From Anaerovoracaceae bacterium (GTDB lineage Bacteria; Bacillota; Clostridia; Peptostreptococcales; Anaerovoracaceae), in the NCBI GenBank assembly GCA_963648085.1, contig CAVJDC010000001.1:1-53524 (forward strand): 53,524 nucleotides of DNA, in the 5' to 3' direction. Made by a program: the position numbers and the translations under genes. Positions 43,301-52,674 of the stretch are shown here, one piece after another. The stretch's first letter is position 1. The number at the start of each line of letters is the position of its first letter. Below the pieces are notes generated by a model. It had not been told where the DNA came from. It made no database searches and saw nothing but the letters and a program-made list of their open reading frames with translations.

Positions 43301-46300
43301 AATTATATCATTAAAAATGGCGACACTGCGGATATTACGATATTAAGATCGTGGGCACGTGGATATGCGGATGCATGGTATCTTTCTTCGATGTATTATA
43401 CATATGAGTATACTATAGATGGCAGCAGCACAGAAAGTGGCAGCGCTGAAGGTAACAGTGATGCAGAAGATGGCAGCAGCACAGAAAGTGAAAGCACAGA
43501 TGGCAGCACAGTAACTACTGGCGAAGGACGTGCCGACATTTCTGAAGAAGAGATACTTGCTGCGACAGATAGAAGCTATCATGCTAAAACTGGTGATAAG
43601 TACAAGGATAAAGTCACTAAAATATATGAGAAGGGTGCACTTGAAGAAAAGACAAGCCTGACGCTTGATACTTCAAAAATTATAGATACAATTGCAAAGG
43701 AAAATAGTATCAGTGATGAGAACAGAACTAGTATCAGGATAAAGAAAGTCACATATCATGCGGCATATAAGAAATATTATGCTGTGAAGATTTTTGAAGG
43801 AACAGTCAAAGCCGGCACTGATACAGATGACAATGAGATAAGACGAATTGAAGTAACAAATGCTGACGGAAGTCCTTTTTATAGATATTATGGCGTAGAT
43901 GGAATAGAGAATAACGAAGACAACAATTCTGGTGCTTCAACTCCTTATCGTCTTCAGAACTTCAAATCGACGAGTAAAACTTATTCCTACACCAACGAGT
44001 ATTATCTTAGGGCGGGACAGAAGGTTCATCTTAGAATCTGGAATGACGACTCATATATAACAACACTAGATTCAGTGACATTGACTGACTCTGATGGAAA
44101 AGTCATCCAAACTCTGACAGAGTACGCAGATAAACTGGATTATAAAGACGAAGGATACATCTGGATAGCTGATGACAATTCCAAGGTATATACCAGTTAT
44201 GTGACTATAACTATGCCTGCAAGTGATGTTACGGTAGATGCAGATTATTCATTTTATAAGATTAAGCACAATTCATTTGAGCATGGGGAATATTATTGGA
44301 CTGGTTCTGATTACAAGAGGGGAACCGACAATAGAGGTGTAGGCTCTGGATATCCCAACACGATTGCATTTATCAAACCTGATGCTGGATATAAGCTTCA
44401 ATATGTCAAGATAGAAAAGGAAGTCAAAGATCCCGAGACAGGAGAAGTGAAGACTGATCCTAAGACAGGAGAAGTACTGTGGGAAACAGATGAAGAGCTA
44501 GAAGCTCTGTGCAATGACAAGCTAGATGAGAATGGGAATGTTGCCGAGGCAGTATACACATATGATACTGAAAAGGGAGTATATACCCACGAGATTAAAT
44601 TTAACATGCCAGCGCACAACATAAGGGTTACTCCTGTGATGTACAATGCGACTGAATATGATGTAAATATCGAGTCTAGTGAGGCTGGAAATATATGCGT
44701 AGAGGAAGTCAGCCGCGTTTTGAAGGAGGAACAGAACATTGCCGGCAAAGTGACGCCAGCGATAAAGGATATCACTTATAGCCGGGCAGATCATGCTGAT
44801 GATCCTGATGCAGGTCGTGTTGGCATGAAAGCTATGCCAAATTATACCGTAAAGCTAAGTGTATCGCTAAATGACAATTTCCGCCTTAAGAAGGTTGTCG
44901 TAAAGGATGCAGATGGAAACGAAGTGAAGGTCAGTGACGCTGATACGACTGCACCTTATTTTGTGATGCCTGAAAAATCAGTTACAGTTTCGATGGAATA
45001 TGAAAAGCGTTTCACGGCTAAAATCGACGAAACTGTCGAAAATGGAACCTTAGCGATAAAGACAGACAGCGAGGAATCAAACATCATCGCATTGCCGGCA
45101 GATGCCGAATGCACTGTAAATTATACTTCTGCCGAGGGATATGGTCTGAGCCGCATGTGGTATACATATGTGAAGGACTCTGACGAGGGTACTCAGAGCG
45201 AAGGCGGAGATTCGCAAGGTACGGGTGATGCTTCACAGGGTACAGGCGGAGATTCGCAGAGTACAGAGGTTGAGATTACACGAAATGCGGAAGGCATATA
45301 TGCGTTTAAGATGCCTGCGCAGGACATCGTGATTCATGCGCAGTTTAGCAAGCTTCACACAGTTAAGGTTTCACCTGACATTCAGAAGGGCGTTTTATAT
45401 ATAGCTTCAAATGTTCTTCAGGCTACTACGAGTGCTGATATTGAAAAGGATGGACTGCAGGAGCTGCAGGCTGCAAAGGACAATGAAATTTCTGTTGTGG
45501 TAGTGCCTAGAAATGAAAATTATAGTCTCAAGAAGATATATTATGTCACAGATAAGTCTGATGATCAGCGGACTGGAGAGACTGGAGAGTCCGGCGAGAC
45601 TGGAAGAACTGGAGAGACTGGAGGAACTGGAGGAACATCGACAGCCATTAACTCTGAAACAGTCATTTATCCTGACGAGAAGGGTGACTTCAAGTTTACT
45701 ATGCCAGATGCAAATGTGACTATATATGCAGAATTTGAAAACAATGGAAAAGCATATAAGATCACCTCTGATTTTGACAATGATGAGAGGACTGAGGCGG
45801 GTCATCTTTTCCGTGGTGCTGTGCTGTCGGCTGACAAGGATGCAGAAGATTACATTTCTATAAGTGTCTTGGACAGTGAATCAGCATCAGGAACTGGCAG
45901 CGGAGAATCAGGAACTGGCAGCGGCACCGCTGGAACTGGCGGTGGAACTTCAGGAACTGACGGTGAAACTTCTGGGAGTGCGGAGGCATCTGAAGGGCAG
46001 ACCGTGATTGTTGCTGTAAAGGATATGGATCGCGGCGAGTATTATACGGGTTATGGCGCGATAAGATATAAGTATAGATACAACAATAAGGAAATCACAG
46101 GTATCGCAGATATTTCTGAGTGCGATGCATCGGGAAATGCCTTAGACAAGACTCAGATGCAGGAGGCTTTGTGTACTTTGGAATGTGCGGACGAGGAGAG
46201 GATCCATTATTATACATTTACTATGCCTGATGCCGATGTTGAAGTCTGTGTAAGATATACAAAGGCAAATGAGTGGGATGGACTTACTATAGATGTCAGC

Positions 46301-49300
46301 TGGTTTGACCCGGATGAGGATGAATATTACATCAGTACGGGTGCTCAGCTGATGGGTCTTGCTGCGCTCGTAAATGGTATATATAATGACGAAATCGATG
46401 TAGTGATAGGTGACGATACGTCAAAGACAGAAGCAAAGATATCTGACAGCGACTCAGGACGTGGTACAGGCAAAAGCCTGATAGTGGATCATAAAGAAAT
46501 CATGGAAGAAGATCCGTCAAGCAGCAACAAAGTCAGTTCAAATGTCTACCATTATGGCGAATATTCATTTGTAGGCAAATATGTATATATTGACAGCGAC
46601 CTGGATATGGGCGGAGAAAATCAATATGCACGTTACATGCCTATAGGCGGCCAGTATCTCATGAACTATAAGGACATAGACGAGAATGAAGGTATAGGTG
46701 ATACTCACTTAAGCTCATCCTTCTCAGGTGTGCTAGATGGCCTTGGACATACTATCTGCAATGTATGGTGTGACAGATATGTGGCGGGTGAAAATTACGG
46801 CGACAGTCAGTCTATCGGAATAGTCGGACGTCTAGGTGTCCATGAGAATGATGAGGAAGCGCTCTGGCCTACAAATCCTACAGTCAGAAATATAGTGCTC
46901 GGCACGAGAGCTGAAGGAAACAGCACTGCAGACTCAAATATAAGAGGAAGACGTTCTGTCGGCGGCATTGTCGGAAAAATCGGCAAGTCGAGTACAGACG
47001 GCATAGGCGGAATTGTTGAAAATTGCATAAATAAAGCTTCCATATGGGCGACAGACAAGCAGGGTACCGGCGGTGTGATCGGTGCGGCAGAAAATGGCGG
47101 ATATACAGCGCACTGCGCAAACTTTGGAAAGGTTGAAAATACACTTTCAGATTCTGCGGGCATGGCTGGAGGTATCGCCGGCCGAAACGAAAATGATATC
47201 CTAAGCTGCTTCAATATCGGGACGATAAAGAAGCCAAGTGGATACTCAAGCAGTGCTATGGCTATAGGTACGAATAATTTAGGATCTCCTAGCATATCTC
47301 ACACTTATTATCTTGCCTCAAGTGCAGCTGGCGGAGGATATTATAAGAGCGCTTCGCTTTCTGATATGATAGCAGACTGCAAGAAAAGTACATCGTATAT
47401 GAAATCGAAGGATTTCGTTGATGAACTCAACTATGCCGGAGATGTATGGTTTAGCTCGTCTGAAGCAAATAGCGAAGAAAATGAAAATGACGGATATCCT
47501 ATTCTGTTCTATCAGACGTCAGACAGAACCAAAAAATGCACATCAAAGGTGAAGATCACGGTGGCAGATACTGAGGGCGGATCTGTAACGGTTGAAACTC
47601 TCTATGGTGCGATGCATGATATCGGGAAATCTGAGAAAGTTTCATGTGGGACAACTGTCAAGCTCTCAAGCAAGACAGAGTCAGGAAAGGTACTTGATTA
47701 TTATACGATCAATGGCGTGAAATTTGAAGGTGATATGGCATTCATAACGGAGGACACTGAGATCGGTGCGATATTTAGAAGTGTATCTCCTGTCAAGCTA
47801 TATCTGCCAGAGAGTCCTGACAAGTTCCCAAGTGATTATTATTATCTTACAATCAGGAAGAATGGTACGGAGGTCGATAGTGAAGGCAAATTCATAAATA
47901 TCACGAGCAAGACTGTACCTTCAAGCGTGACGACAGAGCTGGCAATGGACGAATATCTCTATCCATATGCGTATGTCATAAATGATAAGGATCAGGGCGC
48001 TTCGGTGAATGCTGGCGGCGAAGTCACATATGATGCAGAAAATGGCGGAAGCATCCATACAGACGAATGGGGCAAGTATATCATAGTTTATGAGGGTGAC
48101 AATCTCCAGTTCAGAGCACAGCTGAAGGAGACTGCACTCAATCATGGCACGCAGCATCTGACAAATTCCTTCACATTCACGGTGACATATTATTCTACGG
48201 AGCGTGATGCGGGCGGCATAGATACAGCAAAGAAATCGACTGGTGAAGGTTCTGCGATGAATATCGGTGGTAAATATGCACCGAAAAGTGATTCTAAGTG
48301 GGGGCTTCTTACAGTAAATCTGGAGGAAGGCATCAGGCACTGGATAAGTGAACCAGTAAGCTGGGATGAAACTGGCGATATAACTGGTACAGCAGGCTCG
48401 AGAGTATCTGGATATTATGATATAAGCTGGTATAAGGTTGACACGGAGGGAAATCCGCTGTCCACTTCATATGATATATCGACACCTTATCAGCTTGCGG
48501 GCGTATCATATCTTGTAAACTACGGTGTGACATATACAGACGCAAATGGTGACGAGAAGAAGAAGTCTGTCGATTTTGACGGAATTACTCTAAATCTTAC
48601 AGCTGACATTTCACTTGCAAATCCAGATTACGATGGTGTGCTTGGTACTTGCTACTGGGTTCCTATAGGAGCGGGGACTGCAGATTACGCAATTGACTAT
48701 TCTACCAATATAAATAATAAAGAATATTCCATGAAATATGGCGGCAGCACTACACCATTCAGAGGAACATTTGAGGGAAATGGACATACTGTATATCTGA
48801 GTACGTATTATACGAGTGCAGCTGGTAATATTGGTATTTCACATGCAAAGGGACTTTTCGGCTATGTCGAGGGCACTGTGAGAAATGTGACTATAGATGC
48901 TGCGCAAGGTCCTGTAGCGGCAGGTGACGTCACTGGCAAATATCTGGGCACAGTGGCAGGCTGTCTGGCAGGCGGTGAAATCTCAGGCTGTCAGAACAAT
49001 CTTAAAGTAGTATCTGGAGACAGTGTTGACAATGCAAAAACTGGCGGAATTGGCGGTATAGTAGGCGTGATGCACAACGGCACTATAAGTGGATGCACAA
49101 ACAACGCCAAGATAGGCAAATTTACCAGAAGTGTCAGATGTGGAGGCATCGTAGGATATCAGACAGGAGGCACGGTCAAAGATTGTACAAATACAAAGAA
49201 TGGAACTGTATTTGCTTCGAGTTATTTCGATAGCAGATTTAATGATAATTGCAGCTATGCTGGCGGTATCATAGGATATCAGGATGGCAGGTACAGTGGT

Positions 49301-52300
49301 ACATTTGGCGAGATCACCGGATGTAAGAACTACGGAAATATAAATGCAGATGGCAGCTGTGTCGGTGGTATAGTGGGATACTCGACTGCAGGCGTGTCTG
49401 ATTGTGAGAATCATGCCGACATCGGTCTAAATGAGGATATAGATTTGGATAGCGAATCTGAAGATGACGAGGACAAAAAGGATGATGATTCTTTAGTCGA
49501 TGCTAAGGCAAGCTATATCGGCGGAATCGGCGGATATATCATTGGTAAAGAAACAACAGTGACATCTGGCACATCTGATACAACTTATTCGTCTGGAACA
49601 ACTGATTCATCTGGAACAACTGACGTAACCGAGACGACGGTAGTTTCTGTGAGAAACAATCACAATTATGGCAAGGTTCAGGGAAGCCAGTATGTAGGAG
49701 GAATCGCAGGGCAGGTTCAGGGACGTGCAGAAAATTGCACAAATGAAAAAGGTGCTGATATCACTGGAGTTCAATATGTAGGCGGAATCGGTGGATATGC
49801 AGCAGGAACTACTTCATGCGACAACTATGCAAATGTAATAGCTTCCGACGGATTTGTGGATAAGGAACAAAGTGCGCCTCAATTTGTCGGCGGTCTTGGC
49901 GGTTATGTGGGAAATGTAAGCAATTGCAGCAATCATGGCAATGTTGAAGTTACATCCAAGCTGTCTAAAGATATCCAAAATATCTACGAGATAGATAAGA
50001 ATTATAGTGACAAAGATAGCCGCAATGTATTCATAACAAAATATGCTGAGAAGAACCAGAATGTGAGTCTTGCTGTCGGCGGACTTGCAGGACATCTCAG
50101 AGGAAGCCTCAGCGATTGCGAAAACCACGGAACAGTAACTGCTGCATCTTCATGCAGTGTCGGTGGTGTAGCTGGAGCTGGATCTAAGTTTGATATCAGC
50201 AATATACAGAACTTCGGATCTGTCACGGGCGGTTCGTGTACAGCCGGAATTGCTGGGTCTGTAGAGCTTCTTTCAGGCGGAACAGGAGAAGGCAAGAATG
50301 GCCAGATGACTAGCTGCATAAATCTTTCATCAGCAGTTATCACAGGCGGTCATTATACTGGAGGCCTCATCGGATATGTTACGGCACAAAACTCCAACGG
50401 TATAAACGTAATCCTGACAAATAACTATGGCGATGTAAGTGGCGGTGACTATGTCGGTGGTCTTATAGGATGTATGGCTGACTCAGGCATCGGTTCAAAT
50501 ATGAGTGATGCATATATCGGCTCTGATGATGGTACGTGCAACAACGGCGGTACTGTCACAGGCGGAAGCTACGTTGGCGGTATAGTCGGCATGATGAGCA
50601 GAGGCAATGTGAGATATTGTCTGAATCTGGGAGAGTCGGACAATGTCAAGGTAGACAGTTACAGTACGCCTTATGAGGATGAAAATAAAGAAGGAGCGAC
50701 AGTCGTGAATGCGTCAGGCACTTCAGGAGAGATTGCAAGTGCAGCAGTAATCGGCGGCAAGTCAGCAATCGACGATGGCAGCAAGGGCGAGTATGTCGGC
50801 GGTATCGTAGGATGGCTGAAGGGCGGAAGCTCCGATGGAAGCACAGCCGGCAATTCATTCATGTACAATTGCGGAAATTGCGGTTCTGTCAGCAGTGAAG
50901 GCAGGGATGCGGACTTTGTAGGCGGAGTTGCAGGAAAAGTGCAGGGAGATATCTTCCTTTCAAGAAGCCGTGAAGGCAGCATAGATGCTCCATATGCGAA
51001 GCATAAGGGAGGCGTTGCAGGCGAGGTTACAGGAGAGACAAGCTATTGCTACAGCACTAGCGGGTTCAAAAATACTTCTGGAGGCGAGAGCAGCTCGGGT
51101 GGTGAAGCATATCTGGTCGGAACGGCTGGAAGTGCAGTCAGCTACTGTTACACTACAGGAAGCAGTATCTTTGAAGATGGTTCGCCAAGTTCTGCAGCAT
51201 GCTTTACAAGTGTGACCACGGCGACTGCAGCTGCCGTGCTTGAAGATCTCAGTACCGATTTCAAGAAGGACCTTACACCAAACAAGAAGACAGACAAAAT
51301 CTATGCGGAAGGAAATTTCATAGATGATGACGTAAAAATCAACAGTGGTCTTCCAATCCTAAGCTGGGAAAGCAAAATGTATACGAGCATAACCTTCTAT
51401 GATTACACTGGAAGTACGATTCTCGGCACAGTAGTTGGGGCAAAAGGTTCTATATCGACAAGTGGAATCGGACATGGAAATCAGCCTCCTCAGAAGGCAG
51501 AGGATGAGGAATATACATATTCATATGAATGGGCTGGATGGTCACTTTCACCACAAACTGACACATCTGTGACACCTGCCACAATAAACCCGGCATCGTG
51601 TGAGGGTGTGGCTAACCTGTACTCAGTATGGAAGCTAGTGAAGACTCCGAAGGAACAGAAACAAGAAGAGCCAGAAGATAATCCTGAAAAAAGGCCTAGT
51701 TCGAAGCCAAAAGTAAATCCGAGCCCGACGCCGACACCTGATCCGACCCCAGATGATAATCCAAAGCCGTCAGATGACAATAATAAAAATAATGACGGAA
51801 ATGGCAATGGCAATGGCAACGGAAACGGCAATGGCAACGGCAACGGAAACGGCAATGGAAATGGCAGCGGAAATGGAAATGGCAGCGGCAATGGCAGCGG
51901 CAACGGAACTGGCAACGGAACTGGCGATGGGACAGGAAGTGGAACTAGCAATGGCGCAAATGGAACCTCTACGGGAGGCGCAGCTGCTGCAGGTTCTACA
52001 ACTTCAGGCTCAAATGGTGACTCAAATGTAAATAGTAAGCAATCTGATGACGGCGAGCAGGCAGATGAGTCAACTAAAGTCGGAGTGAGCGACAAGATCT
52101 CAAGTATCAAGTCAAAGACGACGAAACTTGTGGAAATCGATGATCCTTCAGGTGGACAGGCTGGCTCGGGAAGCGATGCTGACAAAGCCCCTGAGGAGGA
52201 TATGTCGAGATGGGCGCGCATCATCTTATATATGTTGATCATATTCCTAGTCGGCGGTGCAGTGCAGCGTTATATCAGATTTAAAAAAGATACATTATAG
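40388..52300 (+). CDS. Giant (3970-aa) secreted GLUG-motif surface protein with acidic/low-complexity repeat linkers, Pro-rich and (NG)n stalk, and a C-terminal transmembrane anchor
   Basis: Signal peptide: MSNFSKKLVAWVTFVFISLSTVGSITAVPVSA. Many GLUG-type repeats: SVGGIVGK, GTGGVIGA, MAGGIAGR, TGGIGGIVG, RCGGIVGY, YAGGIIGY, YVGGIAGQ, YVGGIGGY, FVGGLGGY, YTGGLIGY, YVGGLIGC, YVGGIVGM. C-terminus: PSPTPTPDPTPDDNPKP, then NGNGNG..., then WARIILYMLIIFLVGGAVQRYIRFKK. No LPXTG or SLH. Confidence 0.9.
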   Translation: MSNFSKKLVAWVTFVFISLSTVGSITAVPVSAAVKTDSASHVNSSSFTASEHSAKASAENINEDDEEGDGAFARLAESSLSGNLSELILGDYFNLTNGNGDKDTSKDSADKASVKSDSGKDSDVSSSDKASALSVSEVDADSSEGDSKSDSGKDTSESDQSENDEIDQSEIELKEDTVASALRNGDTAEAIRYYISSTTPKTYNLDKDTHGMIYVKNPESSRKVGFTNALTLAPADSKESVSCTNLTIQSMIESDDENIWKPVRLTLEGLKITSPAEDYPDLQNVNEGSDSDGAQTQTSEIDTTGSDSILYFDTSGYKFNKKPEANEYTQDLKLNSNIVLNVNKPGQTGLRSRQMAYYVDSSTGENIHIRSKLRINNYEYSKYYSLIINASNGAAGIEGLYVVCEYNGRKKNIPPEMSADGKNYAVGQGVILRADENSAHLSTERNKENPEDSYFMFDTSQMKDGEDAKENLDKNGIFVSVDGGENTEVAGSTYIRGGFSGKSTKPMTEYQDAEGNAVNPVVRIWLGSGKDHYFEINGELFEVAWDADSESFKMKDIYEVTTVGNDEEASKKVTYSTEHFKDKTDEEAKSVKATEGTEVKVRVEAKADYYVKGIKVEKVKSESDGGDTDDIGTGDTGSEGTGSDGSEGTGGKTDGEGSEGTGDTGSEGTGSDGSEGTGGKTDGEGSEGTGDTGSEGTGSDGSEGTGGKTDGEGSEGTGDTGSEGTGSDGSEGTGGDGAGEKESLEVEVTKSNDSTSAGEADEKSGPKWAEYTFEMPAGDVEVTPIYGERQSYKIGAISVKCGDKYLTEDDEIEAQLSAVSVESIERKSNAEDTDSESGKDEDSESGKDEGSESSKNTIRDSEDSAFKQGEDVLKEGDTVTLKIEPSLFWTVTSAKYTYKDKDGNIQEQVLTGENNKYVITMPGSDIDFEFECYEAPSTKIVFADDVTDHDTDAPDVSCENGISKLKKNGKTNYIIKNGDTADITILRSWARGYADAWYLSSMYYTYEYTIDGSSTESGSAEGNSDAEDGSSTESESTDGSTVTTGEGRADISEEEILAATDRSYHAKTGDKYKDKVTKIYEKGALEEKTSLTLDTSKIIDTIAKENSISDENRTSIRIKKVTYHAAYKKYYAVKIFEGTVKAGTDTDDNEIRRIEVTNADGSPFYRYYGVDGIENNEDNNSGASTPYRLQNFKSTSKTYSYTNEYYLRAGQKVHLRIWNDDSYITTLDSVTLTDSDGKVIQTLTEYADKLDYKDEGYIWIADDNSKVYTSYVTITMPASDVTVDADYSFYKIKHNSFEHGEYYWTGSDYKRGTDNRGVGSGYPNTIAFIKPDAGYKLQYVKIEKEVKDPETGEVKTDPKTGEVLWETDEELEALCNDKLDENGNVAEAVYTYDTEKGVYTHEIKFNMPAHNIRVTPVMYNATEYDVNIESSEAGNICVEEVSRVLKEEQNIAGKVTPAIKDITYSRADHADDPDAGRVGMKAMPNYTVKLSVSLNDNFRLKKVVVKDADGNEVKVSDADTTAPYFVMPEKSVTVSMEYEKRFTAKIDETVENGTLAIKTDSEESNIIALPADAECTVNYTSAEGYGLSRMWYTYVKDSDEGTQSEGGDSQGTGDASQGTGGDSQSTEVEITRNAEGIYAFKMPAQDIVIHAQFSKLHTVKVSPDIQKGVLYIASNVLQATTSADIEKDGLQELQAAKDNEISVVVVPRNENYSLKKIYYVTDKSDDQRTGETGESGETGRTGETGGTGGTSTAINSETVIYPDEKGDFKFTMPDANVTIYAEFENNGKAYKITSDFDNDERTEAGHLFRGAVLSADKDAEDYISISVLDSESASGTGSGESGTGSGTAGTGGGTSGTDGETSGSAEASEGQTVIVAVKDMDRGEYYTGYGAIRYKYRYNNKEITGIADISECDASGNALDKTQMQEALCTLECADEERIHYYTFTMPDADVEVCVRYTKANEWDGLTIDVSWFDPDEDEYYISTGAQLMGLAALVNGIYNDEIDVVIGDDTSKTEAKISDSDSGRGTGKSLIVDHKEIMEEDPSSSNKVSSNVYHYGEYSFVGKYVYIDSDLDMGGENQYARYMPIGGQYLMNYKDIDENEGIGDTHLSSSFSGVLDGLGHTICNVWCDRYVAGENYGDSQSIGIVGRLGVHENDEEALWPTNPTVRNIVLGTRAEGNSTADSNIRGRRSVGGIVGKIGKSSTDGIGGIVENCINKASIWATDKQGTGGVIGAAENGGYTAHCANFGKVENTLSDSAGMAGGIAGRNENDILSCFNIGTIKKPSGYSSSAMAIGTNNLGSPSISHTYYLASSAAGGGYYKSASLSDMIADCKKSTSYMKSKDFVDELNYAGDVWFSSSEANSEENENDGYPILFYQTSDRTKKCTSKVKITVADTEGGSVTVETLYGAMHDIGKSEKVSCGTTVKLSSKTESGKVLDYYTINGVKFEGDMAFITEDTEIGAIFRSVSPVKLYLPESPDKFPSDYYYLTIRKNGTEVDSEGKFINITSKTVPSSVTTELAMDEYLYPYAYVINDKDQGASVNAGGEVTYDAENGGSIHTDEWGKYIIVYEGDNLQFRAQLKETALNHGTQHLTNSFTFTVTYYSTERDAGGIDTAKKSTGEGSAMNIGGKYAPKSDSKWGLLTVNLEEGIRHWISEPVSWDETGDITGTAGSRVSGYYDISWYKVDTEGNPLSTSYDISTPYQLAGVSYLVNYGVTYTDANGDEKKKSVDFDGITLNLTADISLANPDYDGVLGTCYWVPIGAGTADYAIDYSTNINNKEYSMKYGGSTTPFRGTFEGNGHTVYLSTYYTSAAGNIGISHAKGLFGYVEGTVRNVTIDAAQGPVAAGDVTGKYLGTVAGCLAGGEISGCQNNLKVVSGDSVDNAKTGGIGGIVGVMHNGTISGCTNNAKIGKFTRSVRCGGIVGYQTGGTVKDCTNTKNGTVFASSYFDSRFNDNCSYAGGIIGYQDGRYSGTFGEITGCKNYGNINADGSCVGGIVGYSTAGVSDCENHADIGLNEDIDLDSESEDDEDKKDDDSLVDAKASYIGGIGGYIIGKETTVTSGTSDTTYSSGTTDSSGTTDVTETTVVSVRNNHNYGKVQGSQYVGGIAGQVQGRAENCTNEKGADITGVQYVGGIGGYAAGTTSCDNYANVIASDGFVDKEQSAPQFVGGLGGYVGNVSNCSNHGNVEVTSKLSKDIQNIYEIDKNYSDKDSRNVFITKYAEKNQNVSLAVGGLAGHLRGSLSDCENHGTVTAASSCSVGGVAGAGSKFDISNIQNFGSVTGGSCTAGIAGSVELLSGGTGEGKNGQMTSCINLSSAVITGGHYTGGLIGYVTAQNSNGINVILTNNYGDVSGGDYVGGLIGCMADSGIGSNMSDAYIGSDDGTCNNGGTVTGGSYVGGIVGMMSRGNVRYCLNLGESDNVKVDSYSTPYEDENKEGATVVNASGTSGEIASAAVIGGKSAIDDGSKGEYVGGIVGWLKGGSSDGSTAGNSFMYNCGNCGSVSSEGRDADFVGGVAGKVQGDIFLSRSREGSIDAPYAKHKGGVAGEVTGETSYCYSTSGFKNTSGGESSSGGEAYLVGTAGSAVSYCYTTGSSIFEDGSPSSAACFTSVTTATAAAVLEDLSTDFKKDLTPNKKTDKIYAEGNFIDDDVKINSGLPILSWESKMYTSITFYDYTGSTILGTVVGAKGSISTSGIGHGNQPPQKAEDEEYTYSYEWAGWSLSPQTDTSVTPATINPASCEGVANLYSVWKLVKTPKEQKQEEPEDNPEKRPSSKPKVNPSPTPTPDPTPDDNPKPSDDNNKNNDGNGNGNGNGNGNGNGNGNGNGNGSGNGNGSGNGSGNGTGNGTGDGTGSGTSNGANGTSTGGAAAAGSTTSGSNGDSNVNSKQSDDGEQADESTKVGVSDKISSIKSKTTKLVEIDDPSGGQAGSGSDADKAPEEDMSRWARIILYMLIIFLVGGAVQRYIRFKKDTL
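42281..42592 (+). repeat. In-frame 84-bp tandem repeat, 3 identical copies + 1 partial, encoding GTGDTGSEGTGSDGSEGTGGKTDGEGSE
   Basis: The units starting at 42281, 42365 and 42449 read identically, base for base. The fourth copy (42533-) diverges after ~55 bp. The antisense ORF 42214-43083 is an artefact. Confidence 0.95.
51794..51945 (+). repeat. In-frame 6-bp microsatellite-like repeat encoding (NG)n / (SGNG)n / (TGNG)n
   Basis: ggaaatggcaatggcaatggcaacggaaacggc... The antisense ORF 51490-52242 (PLPFP repeats) is an artefact. Confidence 0.9.
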
Positions 52301-52334
52301 CATACTGCTGCCAGAGACACAAAAAATAGCAAGA

Positions 52335-52444
52335 AAACATTGGAAAAAAAGATTGACAAAAAAACATTGGTAAAATAAAATCGGTAAAACAACATTGGTA
52401 AAAAAACATTGGTAAAAAAACATTGGTAAAACAACATTGGTAAT
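52335..52444. repeat. Intergenic tandem repeat, 14-bp unit (acattggtaaaaaa), 4 tight copies plus 2-3 looser copies at 27-28-bp spacing
   Basis: acattgg cores occur at 52337, 52364, 52392, 52406, 52420 and 52434. Confidence 0.9.
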
Positions 52445-52674
52445 GCAGACTGTCATATGCATTGTCATACAGACTGTTATGTAGATTGCCGCATGGATTG
52501 CCCTGAATAATGCCTAGGAAGATGGCAGTATGTATATTCGGAATACTTACTGCAATCTTCCATGTGTGTTGTAAATCATGATGCAGCGAAATAGCGATAG
52601 CTTTGCTGTGAAGAGTTTTTCCTTGATATTTAAAAATCTCGATGGAAGACTTTCAAAGAAGGAGGAGGAATATA

